A stretch of 62,711 bases of DNA from Chitinophagaceae bacterium (GTDB lineage: Bacteria; Bacteroidota; Bacteroidia; Chitinophagales; Chitinophagaceae): NCBI GenBank assembly GCA_947452925.1, contig CANGFK010000001.1, positions 1 to 62,711 on the forward strand, read 5' to 3'. Both the position numbers and the translations under genes were made by a program. The notes below the pieces were generated by a model. That model was not told the origin of the DNA. It was given only the letters and a program-made list of their open reading frames with translations, and made no database searches. Below are positions 30,422-41,594 of this stretch, in pieces. Position 1 is the first letter of the stretch; each line of letters begins with the position of its first letter.

Positions 30422-31483
30422 ATGGAAAATGAAGAAAACTATTTGAAGGGACGAGGAGCGCAGATAAATCCTCGCAATCGTTTCTTGAAGAATGAAAAGA
30501 TAAAGGATCAGATAGAATCTATTGACGATTGGACAGAGCCCAATCCAAAGACTGTCTATATTGAAGACCATGCAAAGGGTATTGTAAACAAGGTCGAAAG
30601 TCCGGATGTGGGGATGATGTATAGCATGAATCCTTATCAGGGTTGCGAACATGGCTGCATTTATTGCTATGCACGTAATAGTTTTGAGTATTGGGGATGG
30701 AGTGCAGGAATTGATTTTGAAACTAAGATTGTCATAAAGAAGAATGCACCAGATTTGTTACGTAAGTTCCTGATGAATCCAAAATGGGAGCCTGTCCCTA
30801 TTTCCTTGAGTGGTAACACCGACTGCTATCAACCAGCAGAAAAGAAGTTTAAACTAACAAGGCAATTGCTGGAAGTATGTAATCAGTTCAATCAGCCAGT
30901 GGGTATTATTACCAAGAATGCAGGAATATTGAGGGATAAAGATTTGCTTCAGGATATGGCGAAAAGGAATCTAGTGAGTGTATTGGTAAGTATCACTTCT
31001 TTTGAGGAAGATTTGCGCCGAGTGATGGAACCTCGTACTACTACTGGCAAACAACGCTTGAAAGTAATAGAAGAATTGTCTAAAGAAGGGGTAAGAATGG
31101 GCGTAATGCTTGGCCCGATGATACCAGGACTGAATGACCATGAAATGCAACGCATTATGAAAGCGGCTAGTGAAGCAGGTGCCGTATTTAGTGCCTACAC
31201 TTTTATAAGGCTAAATGGGGCTATTAAACTATTGTTTCACGATTGGATATATAAAAATTTCCCAGATAGGGCAGATAAGGTTTGGCATCTGATTGAAAAT
31301 GCCCATGATGGCAAAGTTAACGATAGTCGCTATGGAATTAGGATGAGAGGTGAAGGGCCAATTGCCGATTTGGTGAGACAACAATTCAGAAAGTATAATA
31401 AAATTTATGGATTGAATGCAGAACGCTGGAATCTGGATAGCAACCAGTTTAGACGGCCGGGAGAGCAAGGAAAGTTATTCTAA
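30422..31483 (+). CDS. PA0069/Rv2578c-like radical SAM protein (spore photoproduct lyase-related)
   Basis: KGRGAQINPRNRF, SMNPYQGCEHGCIYCYAR, SGNTDCYQPAE, IITKN, PMIPGLND. Confidence 0.92.
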   Translation: MENEENYLKGRGAQINPRNRFLKNEKIKDQIESIDDWTEPNPKTVYIEDHAKGIVNKVESPDVGMMYSMNPYQGCEHGCIYCYARNSFEYWGWSAGIDFETKIVIKKNAPDLLRKFLMNPKWEPVPISLSGNTDCYQPAEKKFKLTRQLLEVCNQFNQPVGIITKNAGILRDKDLLQDMAKRNLVSVLVSITSFEEDLRRVMEPRTTTGKQRLKVIEELSKEGVRMGVMLGPMIPGLNDHEMQRIMKAASEAGAVFSAYTFIRLNGAIKLLFHDWIYKNFPDRADKVWHLIENAHDGKVNDSRYGIRMRGEGPIADLVRQQFRKYNKIYGLNAERWNLDSNQFRRPGEQGKLF

Positions 31484-31913
31484 AAAAATGCATTTTTATA
31501 TATAAGCAAGAGTAATTGTTATACTATTCTAACAATTTATTGCACTATTCTACTCTTTTACAAAACCCTATATTATCGTTTTAAACTTCTCCTTCTCAAA
31601 ACCCTCTTGCTATTCGCATGAAAATATGAATTACACTTATTTGGCTGGTCATAGGGGGGTATAAAAAGGATGTAGAATACATGCTCTTTCCAACAAAGTT
31701 TTTAGTGCCTGGAAGACGAACCCTTCACTGATAAAATCATTGGATACTAATAAAAAAGATAATTGACCCTTGATAAATTCAACCACTCAATTGCAACATG
31801 TAGATAGCAGATAAATAACAATTAGCTGTTTATTCGCTTACAGGATACTTAAGTGGTTTATACAAAGATTAGGCCCTCGAGTAAATAATAGTTTGACCAA
31901 TAATAAAATAAAA

Positions 31914-34136
31914 ATGAATAAAAGAAGCTTTCTAATTCTACTACTTAGTTACAGTTTGTTTGCTGCCTCCGCTCAGCCATTTGCGCCCATTACCTACACG
32001 CCAGCTTACAAACAAATAGATATTGATGCGGATAAATGTTCCGTACAACTTTTTGTTTCCCCTGTTGGTAATGATTCATGGAATGGTATGAAGGCAACTG
32101 TATCGGGTAATGATGGCCCTTTTGCTACTATTGAACGGGCTAGGGAGGAAGTGAGAAAATTAAAAAGAAAAAGCCTTTCAAAGGGTGGGATTGCGGTTAA
32201 TTTATCAGGCGGAATTTATTCCCTAGAGAAGTCTTTAGAACTGAATGCAGAGGATGGAGGAACAGACGGTTCTCCAGTTATTTATAAAGCTTATAAAGAT
32301 GAAGATGTCCGATTGATTGGAGGAAAGAAATTGACTTCTGCTGATATTAAACCCGTTACCAATCCTTCGATGTTGGCAAGGATAAACCCATTGGCTAAAG
32401 GAAAGATTGTTCAATTCGATACCAAAGCTTTGGGAATAAACCACACCAATATTTTCCCTAATAACTTCAGTGATGGCGGAGGAATCTTTGAATTGTTTTT
32501 CGATGGAAAGAGATTGCCTTTATCCAGATGGCCTGATGAAGGTTACACCACCATGAAAGAAGTGGTTAATCCTGGAGACAATAAAACGCCTGGCACTTTT
32601 ATTTATCAGGATAGTACACCCGTTGATCGTTGGGAAGGAAATAATAATATCTGGCTAAAGGGTTTCTGGCGTGTAGGCTGGGAGAATCCTGCTATTAAAG
32701 TTGCTTCTATTGATAAAGCAACCAAACAAATTACTTTTAAAGTAGGAATTCAAGCAGGAATCGGTAGCAAATACAATCGCCCTAAAGGCTCTGGAAAAGA
32801 ACAATGGTATGCCATCAACCTATTGGAAGAGATTACCAAACCGGGTGAGTGGGCAATAGATTTTAATACAGGAATTGTTTATTTCTGGCCTCCTTCGGAT
32901 ATAGATAAGGCAACTATTTTGGTTTCTCAAATGGATCAACCCATTATTACTGCCAATAATGTACCTAACATTGCGTTCATCGGATTAAAACTTGAAGGTT
33001 CTTTGGGAGACGGAATGGTCTTTACCAAGAGCAATCAAAATCTCATTGCTGGTTGTACTTTCCGAAACCTTGGAGGAAGAGGTGTTGTGTTGGACGGCTA
33101 TAAAAGTGGTATCCAAAGCTGTGATATGTATGGATTAGGAAGGGGTTGTATTGTTATCTCCGGAGGCAATAAAGAGAAATTAATAGAATCGGGTAACTAT
33201 GTTATAAACAATCACCTGCACGATTATGGCGCCTTAAAGTCGCAGTATTCTGCAGCCGTTGATTTATATTCTGACAATAAAAACCAAGATGCGGTGGGCA
33301 TTTATGTTGGTCATAACCTGATTCACCATGCACCAAGAGATGGCGTTTTATTTGCCGGACAAAAGAATGTATTTGAATACAATGAAATACATCGTTGCTC
33401 TTATGCCACTGCCGATGTGGGTGCATTCTATTCTTGGTTGGACTGGACCATTCGTGGGGTTGTTATCCGATATAATTACATTCACAATACGGTAGGTGGC
33501 GTTAACCCCGATGATGGTTCATCAGGAACTTTTGTTTACGGAAACATATTTGCAGGCAACCGAACAGGTATTTGGATTGCAAGTGGCCCCGACCATACCG
33601 TTCAAAATAATATATTCATCAAGAACGCAGGGCCAGTATTTGGAATGGATGACCGTGGCAGAAGCAGGGGTTATGCAACGAATAAGAAGTTATTAGCTGG
33701 CGTTAATGGAATTAATCCTTCCTCACCCCCGTGGAGTACAACCTTCCCTGAGATGCCTACCTTATTAAGTACACACCCTGAGTTGCCCCAACGTACTAAG
33801 TTTACAGGCAATGTTGTCTGGATAAAAAGTGGTGATGCAACTTCTATAAAGATGAGTAAAGAAAACAAAGTAGATAGTAACTTAATTAAGATAGATGGCA
33901 ACTTTGTTACTGATAAAGACCCTGGCTTTATGGATGTAAATGGTGGCAACCTATTACTTAAATCCTCTGCGCCTGTATTTGATAAGATTAAAGATTTTCC
34001 CAAGATTAAGTTTGATAAGATAGGATTGTACTTGGATAAGTATCGTAAGAAGCTACCTACAACTGAAGAATCAGGTAAGCTTCCATCACAGAACCCGTGG
34101 AAGGATAATGACACTGATACTTATTTTGGAACGTAA
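31914..34136 (+). CDS. Secreted right-handed beta-helix protein (putative glycan hydrolase/lyase)
   Basis: Signal peptide; FVSPVGNDSWNG...GPFATIERAR; LSRWPDEG; PGEW; beta-helix repeats (NLIHHAP, YNEIH, DVGAFY, YNYIHN). Confidence 0.8.
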   Translation: MNKRSFLILLLSYSLFAASAQPFAPITYTPAYKQIDIDADKCSVQLFVSPVGNDSWNGMKATVSGNDGPFATIERAREEVRKLKRKSLSKGGIAVNLSGGIYSLEKSLELNAEDGGTDGSPVIYKAYKDEDVRLIGGKKLTSADIKPVTNPSMLARINPLAKGKIVQFDTKALGINHTNIFPNNFSDGGGIFELFFDGKRLPLSRWPDEGYTTMKEVVNPGDNKTPGTFIYQDSTPVDRWEGNNNIWLKGFWRVGWENPAIKVASIDKATKQITFKVGIQAGIGSKYNRPKGSGKEQWYAINLLEEITKPGEWAIDFNTGIVYFWPPSDIDKATILVSQMDQPIITANNVPNIAFIGLKLEGSLGDGMVFTKSNQNLIAGCTFRNLGGRGVVLDGYKSGIQSCDMYGLGRGCIVISGGNKEKLIESGNYVINNHLHDYGALKSQYSAAVDLYSDNKNQDAVGIYVGHNLIHHAPRDGVLFAGQKNVFEYNEIHRCSYATADVGAFYSWLDWTIRGVVIRYNYIHNTVGGVNPDDGSSGTFVYGNIFAGNRTGIWIASGPDHTVQNNIFIKNAGPVFGMDDRGRSRGYATNKKLLAGVNGINPSSPPWSTTFPEMPTLLSTHPELPQRTKFTGNVVWIKSGDATSIKMSKENKVDSNLIKIDGNFVTDKDPGFMDVNGGNLLLKSSAPVFDKIKDFPKIKFDKIGLYLDKYRKKLPTTEESGKLPSQNPWKDNDTDTYFGT

Positions 34137-34148
34137 TTGTTTAGACTT

Positions 34149-36482
34149 ATGAAGAATGCATTTTTAGTTGCTGCCCTTATGCTATTGGTTTGGTGTGCCA
34201 ATGCATCAAATAATACTATAGATAGTCTTGCCCTGTTAAAAAAGCAAGTAAAAGCTTTGCCCGAAACCAATCAACCTGAAAGTTGGAAGAAGGCTGTATT
34301 TGAATTGGCAATTGAACAAGCAGAAAATAGTCTTGCTGCCAATTTGCCTCAGGAAGCATCTGTTATATTAGCGGATATAGCAAATAATATCAATATTGCA
34401 CCTGCCTTAATGGTAACTCAATCAAATGATGTTTCACAAATAAGCGTCTTGAGAGAACCTAGTGTAAAGATTGGCAATCCTTATATTGAGCGTTTAGTTG
34501 TTGGAATAAAAGACGAGTTAAAGGTAAAAGATATTATTTGGGGAAAGATTACTACTGCTAATCCTATATTCAAAGAGAATGGAGGACCTTATGGTTCACG
34601 CACTACTGCATCCAGAATGCAAGCAATGCTATGGCTGATGACCAACCCTGCTAGTCCGTTGCAAGGCGATGCCGAAATCTTTAAACGCTTCTTGCGTAGG
34701 TACTTGGCTTATGTGGATGCTTTGTTGAATGGCAAAGACATAAAGGCGGGACAACTAATATTTGATGACTTCGCTATTGCCCCTGCTAGTTGTGCATTAA
34801 GGGAGTTTGCTACCTTATTCCCGAATCTATTATTGCCTAGTCAAAAGGAGAAACTAAAAAAAGGAATGCAAATTGGTGCGGCAATAATGCATGGAAAAGC
34901 AAAGGATAGACTCGGTGACTATGCCAATATAGATATTACATTGGCAGATGAATTAGTAAATTTTGGTTTGTTTTTGCATGATGATACCTTACTTTCAAAA
35001 GCCAATTTCTTGATGAAAGTACAAGCTAAGAATATTTATCCCGATGGTGCAATTGCCTACAAAGACCATCAAAATGAATCGCATGGGTATCATGATGCAG
35101 ATGCCTCTTTTCTTACGAGATATTACGAAGTGACAGGAGACGAGAAGTGTCTTGAATTACTGAAAAGAACGGAATGGTACGGTCCTGTTTCAAGTGGGAG
35201 GTTGGGAGAGTTCTGGACCGTACCTTCCTGGAAAGAAACATGGAATGACCCTTTTGCCCGCCCTTGTGGAGGAGAGTCTGTTGCAAGTATTACGGGTAAC
35301 CCATACTTACGCTGGATGTTGGATTTTGGTCATGATTATGACAAGCCCGACCTTAGGTATTGGTTTGATGCACGCCCTAACATTGCTTGGTACAGAAACG
35401 ATGTGAAGCCAATACCACTTCCTCAAAATTATACGGCTATCGATAGAAACATTTGTGGGCCAAGGGCATGGTATGGTCAGTTTAGTTATGCGGCAACTGC
35501 ACGTAATATTCCAGCTAATGAACCCGGATTATCTACTATTATGGGCTTACAGACCACCGATAATAAATTTAAATTATCCGCCTCCCTGATGAGTGTCTAT
35601 CCAAGAATACGCACTCGAAAAGACGTAATTAGCAAGGATGGCAGTATTAACAAGGGTGCTTATGCATGGCTTACCTCCAATATGAAAAGTGCAGTGGTGA
35701 TGGGGAAAGACTACAGTGCAGTAGCAGGAACTTATCAGTTACATCAATTTGGTAGCTCAACCAAAGGGCCTATGGTAGATTGGAAAGGAAAGCAGTTATG
35801 GTTGGGTCTTCCTGATAGGGTAATAGGTTTATTGGGTATCGAGGCAATGAAAGACCAAGCTACTGCTTATGAAGTGGATGGCGTAATCAATCTTATTTTT
35901 GGCGGAACAGGCTTAGCAGAAACACCCAAGAAAGTAAAAGAGCTAGGTAATAATGAATATGGTTATGGCGATTTGATTGTGAAGATCCATGACCATAACT
36001 ATAAGAGCTTGAAGGCAGTAGAAGTACCTTTTCGTTTGCCTAAGGCACCAATAACTGAACTATTGATGCAAGATGAAAATGGGGAGGGTGACAATCTAGA
36101 GCATCATTACCCTTTATCAACTAATTATCATTTCATTACAGAGATAAAAACTAGTTGGGCAAAAGGTGATGCTGTAGTAAAACAGTTGCCTGTTCAGAAT
36201 GGGGTTATAGCTTTTCAGGTTGATTTAAATGCAAAGCGCTATGTCCTTTACTTTAATGATTCAACCACTGATGCGTCTATCAACTTAGCTGGCTTAAGTA
36301 TTAAAGGTACAAAGTCGAGTGTGCATACCTCAACCGCAGCTAATGCAAAACCTATCGTACCTGCTCCCAAAAACTACACACTTGCAAGTGGACAATCAGT
36401 GATTGTTGTGTTCAGTAAAGATGAAATAGACCACGAATCGGGTTGGGAGAATTACCAAGAAATGCTTAAAATAATAAAATAA
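34149..36482 (+). CDS. Secreted hypothetical protein, possible polysaccharide lyase (alpha-toroid plus beta-sandwich)
   Basis: Signal peptide; YPDGAIAY..QNESHGYH resembles the lyase DG...E...YH motif; helical N-half, beta-rich C-half. Confidence 0.55.
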   Translation: MKNAFLVAALMLLVWCANASNNTIDSLALLKKQVKALPETNQPESWKKAVFELAIEQAENSLAANLPQEASVILADIANNINIAPALMVTQSNDVSQISVLREPSVKIGNPYIERLVVGIKDELKVKDIIWGKITTANPIFKENGGPYGSRTTASRMQAMLWLMTNPASPLQGDAEIFKRFLRRYLAYVDALLNGKDIKAGQLIFDDFAIAPASCALREFATLFPNLLLPSQKEKLKKGMQIGAAIMHGKAKDRLGDYANIDITLADELVNFGLFLHDDTLLSKANFLMKVQAKNIYPDGAIAYKDHQNESHGYHDADASFLTRYYEVTGDEKCLELLKRTEWYGPVSSGRLGEFWTVPSWKETWNDPFARPCGGESVASITGNPYLRWMLDFGHDYDKPDLRYWFDARPNIAWYRNDVKPIPLPQNYTAIDRNICGPRAWYGQFSYAATARNIPANEPGLSTIMGLQTTDNKFKLSASLMSVYPRIRTRKDVISKDGSINKGAYAWLTSNMKSAVVMGKDYSAVAGTYQLHQFGSSTKGPMVDWKGKQLWLGLPDRVIGLLGIEAMKDQATAYEVDGVINLIFGGTGLAETPKKVKELGNNEYGYGDLIVKIHDHNYKSLKAVEVPFRLPKAPITELLMQDENGEGDNLEHHYPLSTNYHFITEIKTSWAKGDAVVKQLPVQNGVIAFQVDLNAKRYVLYFNDSTTDASINLAGLSIKGTKSSVHTSTAANAKPIVPAPKNYTLASGQSVIVVFSKDEIDHESGWENYQEMLKIIK

Positions 36483-36488
36483 TAATTG

Positions 36489-38873
36489 ATGAAATATAAT
36501 ACGAGAAAGCTACTATTTACTTTTGGTGCAAGCCTGATAGTAACGTTGGCAACTGCCCAATCTCCCGATAAAGTATTATGGTTTGATAAGCCTGCCCGTT
36601 TCTTTAACGAGAGTTTGCTGTTGGGCAATGGTACACAAGGCGCTACCATATTTGGCGGTATTACAAAAGAAAAAGTATTGCTAAATAATGCTACACTATG
36701 GTCGGGTGAGCCTGTAAGTGATACAACTTATAAAGACTATTACCTACATCTACCTGCGGTGAGGGAAGCCTTGGCTAGGGAAGATTATCGTGCGGCTGAT
36801 ACCTTAATCCAAAAGCTGCAAGGGCATTATAGTCAGGCATATATGGCATTGGGAACCCTTTATCTTCATTTGAATCACGATACTGCAGTATCCAATTATT
36901 ATCGTGACCTCAATTTAGATAGTTCCATTTCAAAGGTTCATTATACCGTTAACGGGGTAAACTTCGATAGGGAATACCTTGTTTCTCATCCTGATAAGGT
37001 AATTATCATAAAGCTGACTGCAAGTAAAAAGGGGGCCTTAAACTTTGATTTAAGTTTTAATAGTGTGTTACATTATGGTTTTGAAAAGAGTAACAACAGT
37101 ATCAAAGCCTTTGGATACGCGCCTTACAGACAAGATGCTTCTGCGAGAGGTACAGTAGGAAAGATATTTTATGATGCCAACAGAGGGATTCATTTTGCTT
37201 CGAATGTTGCTGTAAAAACAAAAGATGGCATACAAACAGTTGGTGATTCCACTATTAATATTTCAGGAGCAACCGAAGCTTTCATCTATGTTTCATTAGC
37301 TACAAGCTTTAATGGGTTTGATAAGGACCCTGTAAAACAGGGTAAACCCTACAAACCTGTTGCGGAAAGTATACTTCAAAAGGCAATGGCTAAAAATTAT
37401 GATGCTGTAAAGAAAGCCCATATTGCCGATTACAGACGTTTGTTTGCAAGGGTCAATTTGCAACTTGGTTCTTTTACAACTGATAAGTCACAACCCACCG
37501 ATAAACGATTGCAGTTATATGGTACAGGTGCTGAGGACAAAGCCTTAGAAGCCTTGTATTTTAACTTTGGCAGGTACTTGTTAATCAGCAGTTCCCGCAC
37601 ACCAAACATACCTGCCAACTTGCAAGGAATCTGGAGTTATTATGTTCGTCCCCCTTGGCAATGTAACTACACCACCAACATCAACGCGCAAGAAAACTAT
37701 TGGCCTTCAGAAACAACTAATCTTTCCGAATTGCATCTATCTCTGTTGGGACAAATAGAAAACATTTCTAAAACAGGCGCTGCCAATGCGAAGAATTTCT
37801 ATAATTGCAGGGGATGGAATTGTGCCCACAACTCAGATATTTGGGCGATGAGCAACCCGGTAGGTGACAGGCTTGGACGACCTAGATGGAGCAACTTCTC
37901 TATGGGCGGTGCATGGCTCAGTACACATATTTGGGAACACTTTTCCTTCTCACAGGACACTGCTTATCTAAAACAAAAGGGTTATCCGATTCTTAAAGGT
38001 GCTGCACAATTTTGTATGGACTTTCTAGTGAAGGATAAAAAAGGCAACTTTATTACCTCTCCCTCCACATCGCCAGAAAACTCTTTCTACACAGATGCAG
38101 GCTACAATGGGTCTGTATTGTATGGTGGCACGGCCGATTTAGCCATTATAAGAGAATGTTTTATCAAGACAATTAAAGCTGCGAAAGTACTGAAAATAGA
38201 TGCAGGCTTTATCGATTCAATTCAAAACAAACTAGATAACCTGTACCCTTATCAGATTGGGGCAGAAGGTAAATTGCAAGAATGGTATTACGATTGGAAA
38301 GATCCTGAACCAACCCATCGTCACCAGTCGCACCTGATTGGGTTATTTCCCGGAGAACATATCAGTGTAGAGAAAACGCCTGAGTTAGCCAATGCCTGTA
38401 AAAGAACCTTAGAAATAAAAGGCGATGAAACAACGGGATGGAGTAAGGGATGGCGCATTAACCTTTGGGCAAGATTGAAAGACGGCAACCATGCTTATAA
38501 AATGTATCGGGAGTTATTGCGTTATCTGCCGCCCATTGGCGATACCATTATTTACAACGGACCGGGTGGTACATACCCCAATTTATTAGATGCCTGTCCG
38601 CCGTTTCAGATAGATGGTAATTTTGGCGGAACTGCTGCTGTTGCCGAAATGTTGTTGCAATCAACCGATGAGGAGATTACTTTATTGCCCGCACTTCCAG
38701 ATGTTTGGTCAACAGGCGAAGTAAAAGGACTTAAAGCTAGGGGAGGTTTTACGGTAGATATTAAGTGGGAAAAGGGTAAGGTGGTTTCTTACAAGATAGT
38801 ATCTAAATCTCCTAGAAAGGTTAAGGTATCAGTTAATAATAAAACAACATTAATTACATCTCAAACAAATTAA
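36489..38873 (+). CDS. GH95 alpha-L-fucosidase / alpha-L-galactosidase
   Basis: [59 protein letters not shown]. Confidence 0.95.
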   Translation: MKYNTRKLLFTFGASLIVTLATAQSPDKVLWFDKPARFFNESLLLGNGTQGATIFGGITKEKVLLNNATLWSGEPVSDTTYKDYYLHLPAVREALAREDYRAADTLIQKLQGHYSQAYMALGTLYLHLNHDTAVSNYYRDLNLDSSISKVHYTVNGVNFDREYLVSHPDKVIIIKLTASKKGALNFDLSFNSVLHYGFEKSNNSIKAFGYAPYRQDASARGTVGKIFYDANRGIHFASNVAVKTKDGIQTVGDSTINISGATEAFIYVSLATSFNGFDKDPVKQGKPYKPVAESILQKAMAKNYDAVKKAHIADYRRLFARVNLQLGSFTTDKSQPTDKRLQLYGTGAEDKALEALYFNFGRYLLISSSRTPNIPANLQGIWSYYVRPPWQCNYTTNINAQENYWPSETTNLSELHLSLLGQIENISKTGAANAKNFYNCRGWNCAHNSDIWAMSNPVGDRLGRPRWSNFSMGGAWLSTHIWEHFSFSQDTAYLKQKGYPILKGAAQFCMDFLVKDKKGNFITSPSTSPENSFYTDAGYNGSVLYGGTADLAIIRECFIKTIKAAKVLKIDAGFIDSIQNKLDNLYPYQIGAEGKLQEWYYDWKDPEPTHRHQSHLIGLFPGEHISVEKTPELANACKRTLEIKGDETTGWSKGWRINLWARLKDGNHAYKMYRELLRYLPPIGDTIIYNGPGGTYPNLLDACPPFQIDGNFGGTAAVAEMLLQSTDEEITLLPALPDVWSTGEVKGLKARGGFTVDIKWEKGKVVSYKIVSKSPRKVKVSVNNKTTLITSQTN

Positions 38874-38876
38874 AAT

Positions 38877-41441
38877 ATGAATAAAAAGTATCTAGTTGTT
38901 GCAAGCGCACTCATCGCTTCTCACAGTTTCTCCCAGTCTATTCCTGATATCTTTAAGTATTGGGGCAATGATACACTTGCTGCCAACGACCCTCGTTTGT
39001 TGGAACAACCCAAACGCAAGTTCACGGCAGATGAGGCTTTGGATAATAAACTGAAATGGGCAAATCCTTACCAAGAAACCCTAGTACCTAACAGCGAAGG
39101 GTTCGACTTTAGTAAGTTAGGCAAAGTGCCTGCAACAGGTGTTCATCCGAGGATATTTACTTCTCCCGATGAATTTGGTGCTATCAAAACCCGTTTAGAG
39201 AATACCAATATGGGTAAGCAATTGCTGTCATTGGCAAGTGATGCGCTTACCAAGATGCGCAACGGAGAAGGAGCAACCGGTAAGTATTATGCCATCTTAA
39301 AAACAAGAGAACCTATTGCTTCGGACGGTAAGGCCCCTAAGGAAATGTCTAACTTATTGGCGGTGCAAGGGTTGTTGGCTCAACTGAATAATGACAAAAC
39401 CCTATTAACTGAAACAGGTATTGCTGCGGCCAATCATTTAAAGTGGTTATGTAAAGATATTGATGCGAAAGACCAGAATCCTGCCAAACTGCAAGAAGTA
39501 AAAGAGCCGTTATATAGTAATGGAGAGATTGCTAAGCTGTTCGACTTTACGGCTGCGGGTATGACAACAGCTGATAAAAAGTACTTTATCGATTATTATA
39601 CCAAAGTCACTTATGGCAAGTATGGTTTGGGTATGGAATTGCCTCGTCATTGGCGCAGATGGAATCATATTGCTATGTCAATCTGTTATCCATTATCTAT
39701 TTTGGCGGTTGAAAATGAAAAGGGTTACGATAAACGCATCTTCGAGCGGGGCAAAGAAGTGGTGAGCGATTATCTTACCTATTCTTTCACTAATAAGGGC
39801 ATGAGTTCGGAAGGGATTGTTTACACATTCGGACCTTTTTCGAATGATTTATTGGTGATGACTGCCATCGCCCGAAGGGATAAAACGTATAATACCTTTA
39901 CCAATCCGCATTTTCGAGCCATCCCAGATTGGTTAATTAATGCGCTTGCTCCCAATCCATCCGCTTTGTGGAGTTCTCATGGAGACACGGGTACCACTTC
40001 AGATTTGCCTTGGTTGATGATGATGATTATGAAATATTTCTTCCCTACCGATGCCAAAATTGATTACGTATTTGCCAATTCTTTGGTTAAGGATATCAAA
40101 CAAGTACCCGATGTATCTGCTTTTGTGTTTTGTACCGACCCCTCAAAAACTGCTGCCGAATACAATGGTGTGCCTCCTGTGCAGATGCCGCTTACTTATT
40201 TTGAACCAACAAGGGGAAGCCTGATTACACGTAGCAAGTGGGATACAAAAGGGATTCAGTTTCAGTTTGATGCTCGTCAGGATATGATGTATCAATCGCA
40301 CGATCATTCGGATAGAGGCAATTTTTCTTTATCTGCCAATGGAAGAACATGGATATTGGATGGTTGGAGAAGTACCGAAAGTAAATACCATTCTGTAGTT
40401 ACCATTGATGGACACGGGCAAGGCTACTTCGCTACACCCGCTACCTGGAAAAACTATTTGGATAAGCCCGAAGCTACTTTCGGTACTATCGATGCTAAAT
40501 ATGCTTATGATTGGAGTTGGCTTAAATCTGCCGTAGGAGATATTATGGTGGGCAAACAAGTGGAGCCTCAATGGCGTGATGGCGTGTATGCTAACACAGC
40601 CAGAAACCTGAAACGTTACTATCCGGGTGTGTTGCCCGAGCGTGACCCTTTGCGTAAGGTAGCAGACTTTTATAATGGTACCATGGAAACAAATCCGTTG
40701 ATGTGGGCTGAGGACACGTGGCCCATGCGTTTGAAGAATTATCCGGTAGAATATGCTTTCCGTACAGCAGGATTGGTGAAGGGCAAGCATGATTATGTAT
40801 TAATCGTAGATGATATTAAGAAGGATGATAAAGAACATTTGTATGAGTTTACGATGCCGATGCAGTTGGACGTAGAAGTGGTTTCTATCAAGCAATTAGT
40901 GGATGTAAAGATGGAAACAGGCTCATTAAATCTAGGCTTTAATACACTTTCTGATAAAAGAACACAAGGAGAATATGATGTTGTTTTGGGCGATAAACGC
41001 ATGAAACGCAATATGAGTGAGGTAGAAACCACGGTAGGTGGCATATATAATACAGGACGTTTTACCCCTTCTAAGGGTGATCCACAACTATTAGTGAGGG
41101 TATTGGAGAGCACCGAATCTGCCATTCCTAATATGGAACCTAACCCTCATTTAGAGACTTTTGAGAACATTAAAACCGAGGATATGCACCAGTTTTATCT
41201 ACGTACCATGGATATTGCCAAGCGATTGGTTATCCCTTCCCGTTCTGTTGCACCCAACTTTAAGGTGTTGTTGTTCCCTTACCTACACGGTGAAGAAACG
41301 CCAAAGACCTTGTGGAATGCCGATAGAACTATGCTGACTGTTACATGGAAAGATCAGAAGGATGTGTTCACTTTTACCAAAGCGGCAGATGGGCATACCA
41401 TTACCAAGTTAGTGCGGGATGGGAAGGCGATTTTTAATTGA
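38877..41441 (+). CDS. Secreted heparinase II/III-like putative polysaccharide lyase
   Basis: Signal peptide; HPRIF, WNH, GMSSEGIVY, TRSKW, HDHSDRGNFSL, HSVVTIDG. Confidence 0.7.
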   Translation: MNKKYLVVASALIASHSFSQSIPDIFKYWGNDTLAANDPRLLEQPKRKFTADEALDNKLKWANPYQETLVPNSEGFDFSKLGKVPATGVHPRIFTSPDEFGAIKTRLENTNMGKQLLSLASDALTKMRNGEGATGKYYAILKTREPIASDGKAPKEMSNLLAVQGLLAQLNNDKTLLTETGIAAANHLKWLCKDIDAKDQNPAKLQEVKEPLYSNGEIAKLFDFTAAGMTTADKKYFIDYYTKVTYGKYGLGMELPRHWRRWNHIAMSICYPLSILAVENEKGYDKRIFERGKEVVSDYLTYSFTNKGMSSEGIVYTFGPFSNDLLVMTAIARRDKTYNTFTNPHFRAIPDWLINALAPNPSALWSSHGDTGTTSDLPWLMMMIMKYFFPTDAKIDYVFANSLVKDIKQVPDVSAFVFCTDPSKTAAEYNGVPPVQMPLTYFEPTRGSLITRSKWDTKGIQFQFDARQDMMYQSHDHSDRGNFSLSANGRTWILDGWRSTESKYHSVVTIDGHGQGYFATPATWKNYLDKPEATFGTIDAKYAYDWSWLKSAVGDIMVGKQVEPQWRDGVYANTARNLKRYYPGVLPERDPLRKVADFYNGTMETNPLMWAEDTWPMRLKNYPVEYAFRTAGLVKGKHDYVLIVDDIKKDDKEHLYEFTMPMQLDVEVVSIKQLVDVKMETGSLNLGFNTLSDKRTQGEYDVVLGDKRMKRNMSEVETTVGGIYNTGRFTPSKGDPQLLVRVLESTESAIPNMEPNPHLETFENIKTEDMHQFYLRTMDIAKRLVIPSRSVAPNFKVLLFPYLHGEETPKTLWNADRTMLTVTWKDQKDVFTFTKAADGHTITKLVRDGKAIFN

Positions 41442-41522
41442 CAATTGATAATTTATAATTGATAGGGTTGCGAATAGGCTTAGTATGTTTTAAGAAGCAC
41501 TATGAAATTTAAAATAAATTGG

Positions 41523-41562
41523 GGGTAGATAGGGAGTGATTACTTCCTATCTACCCTTTTTT
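41523..41562 (+). terminator. Rho-independent terminator
   Basis: gggtagataggga...tcctatctaccc followed by a T-run. Confidence 0.8.
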
Positions 41563-41594
41563 CATGGAAAGTTATTATTGATTTTCAATACTAA

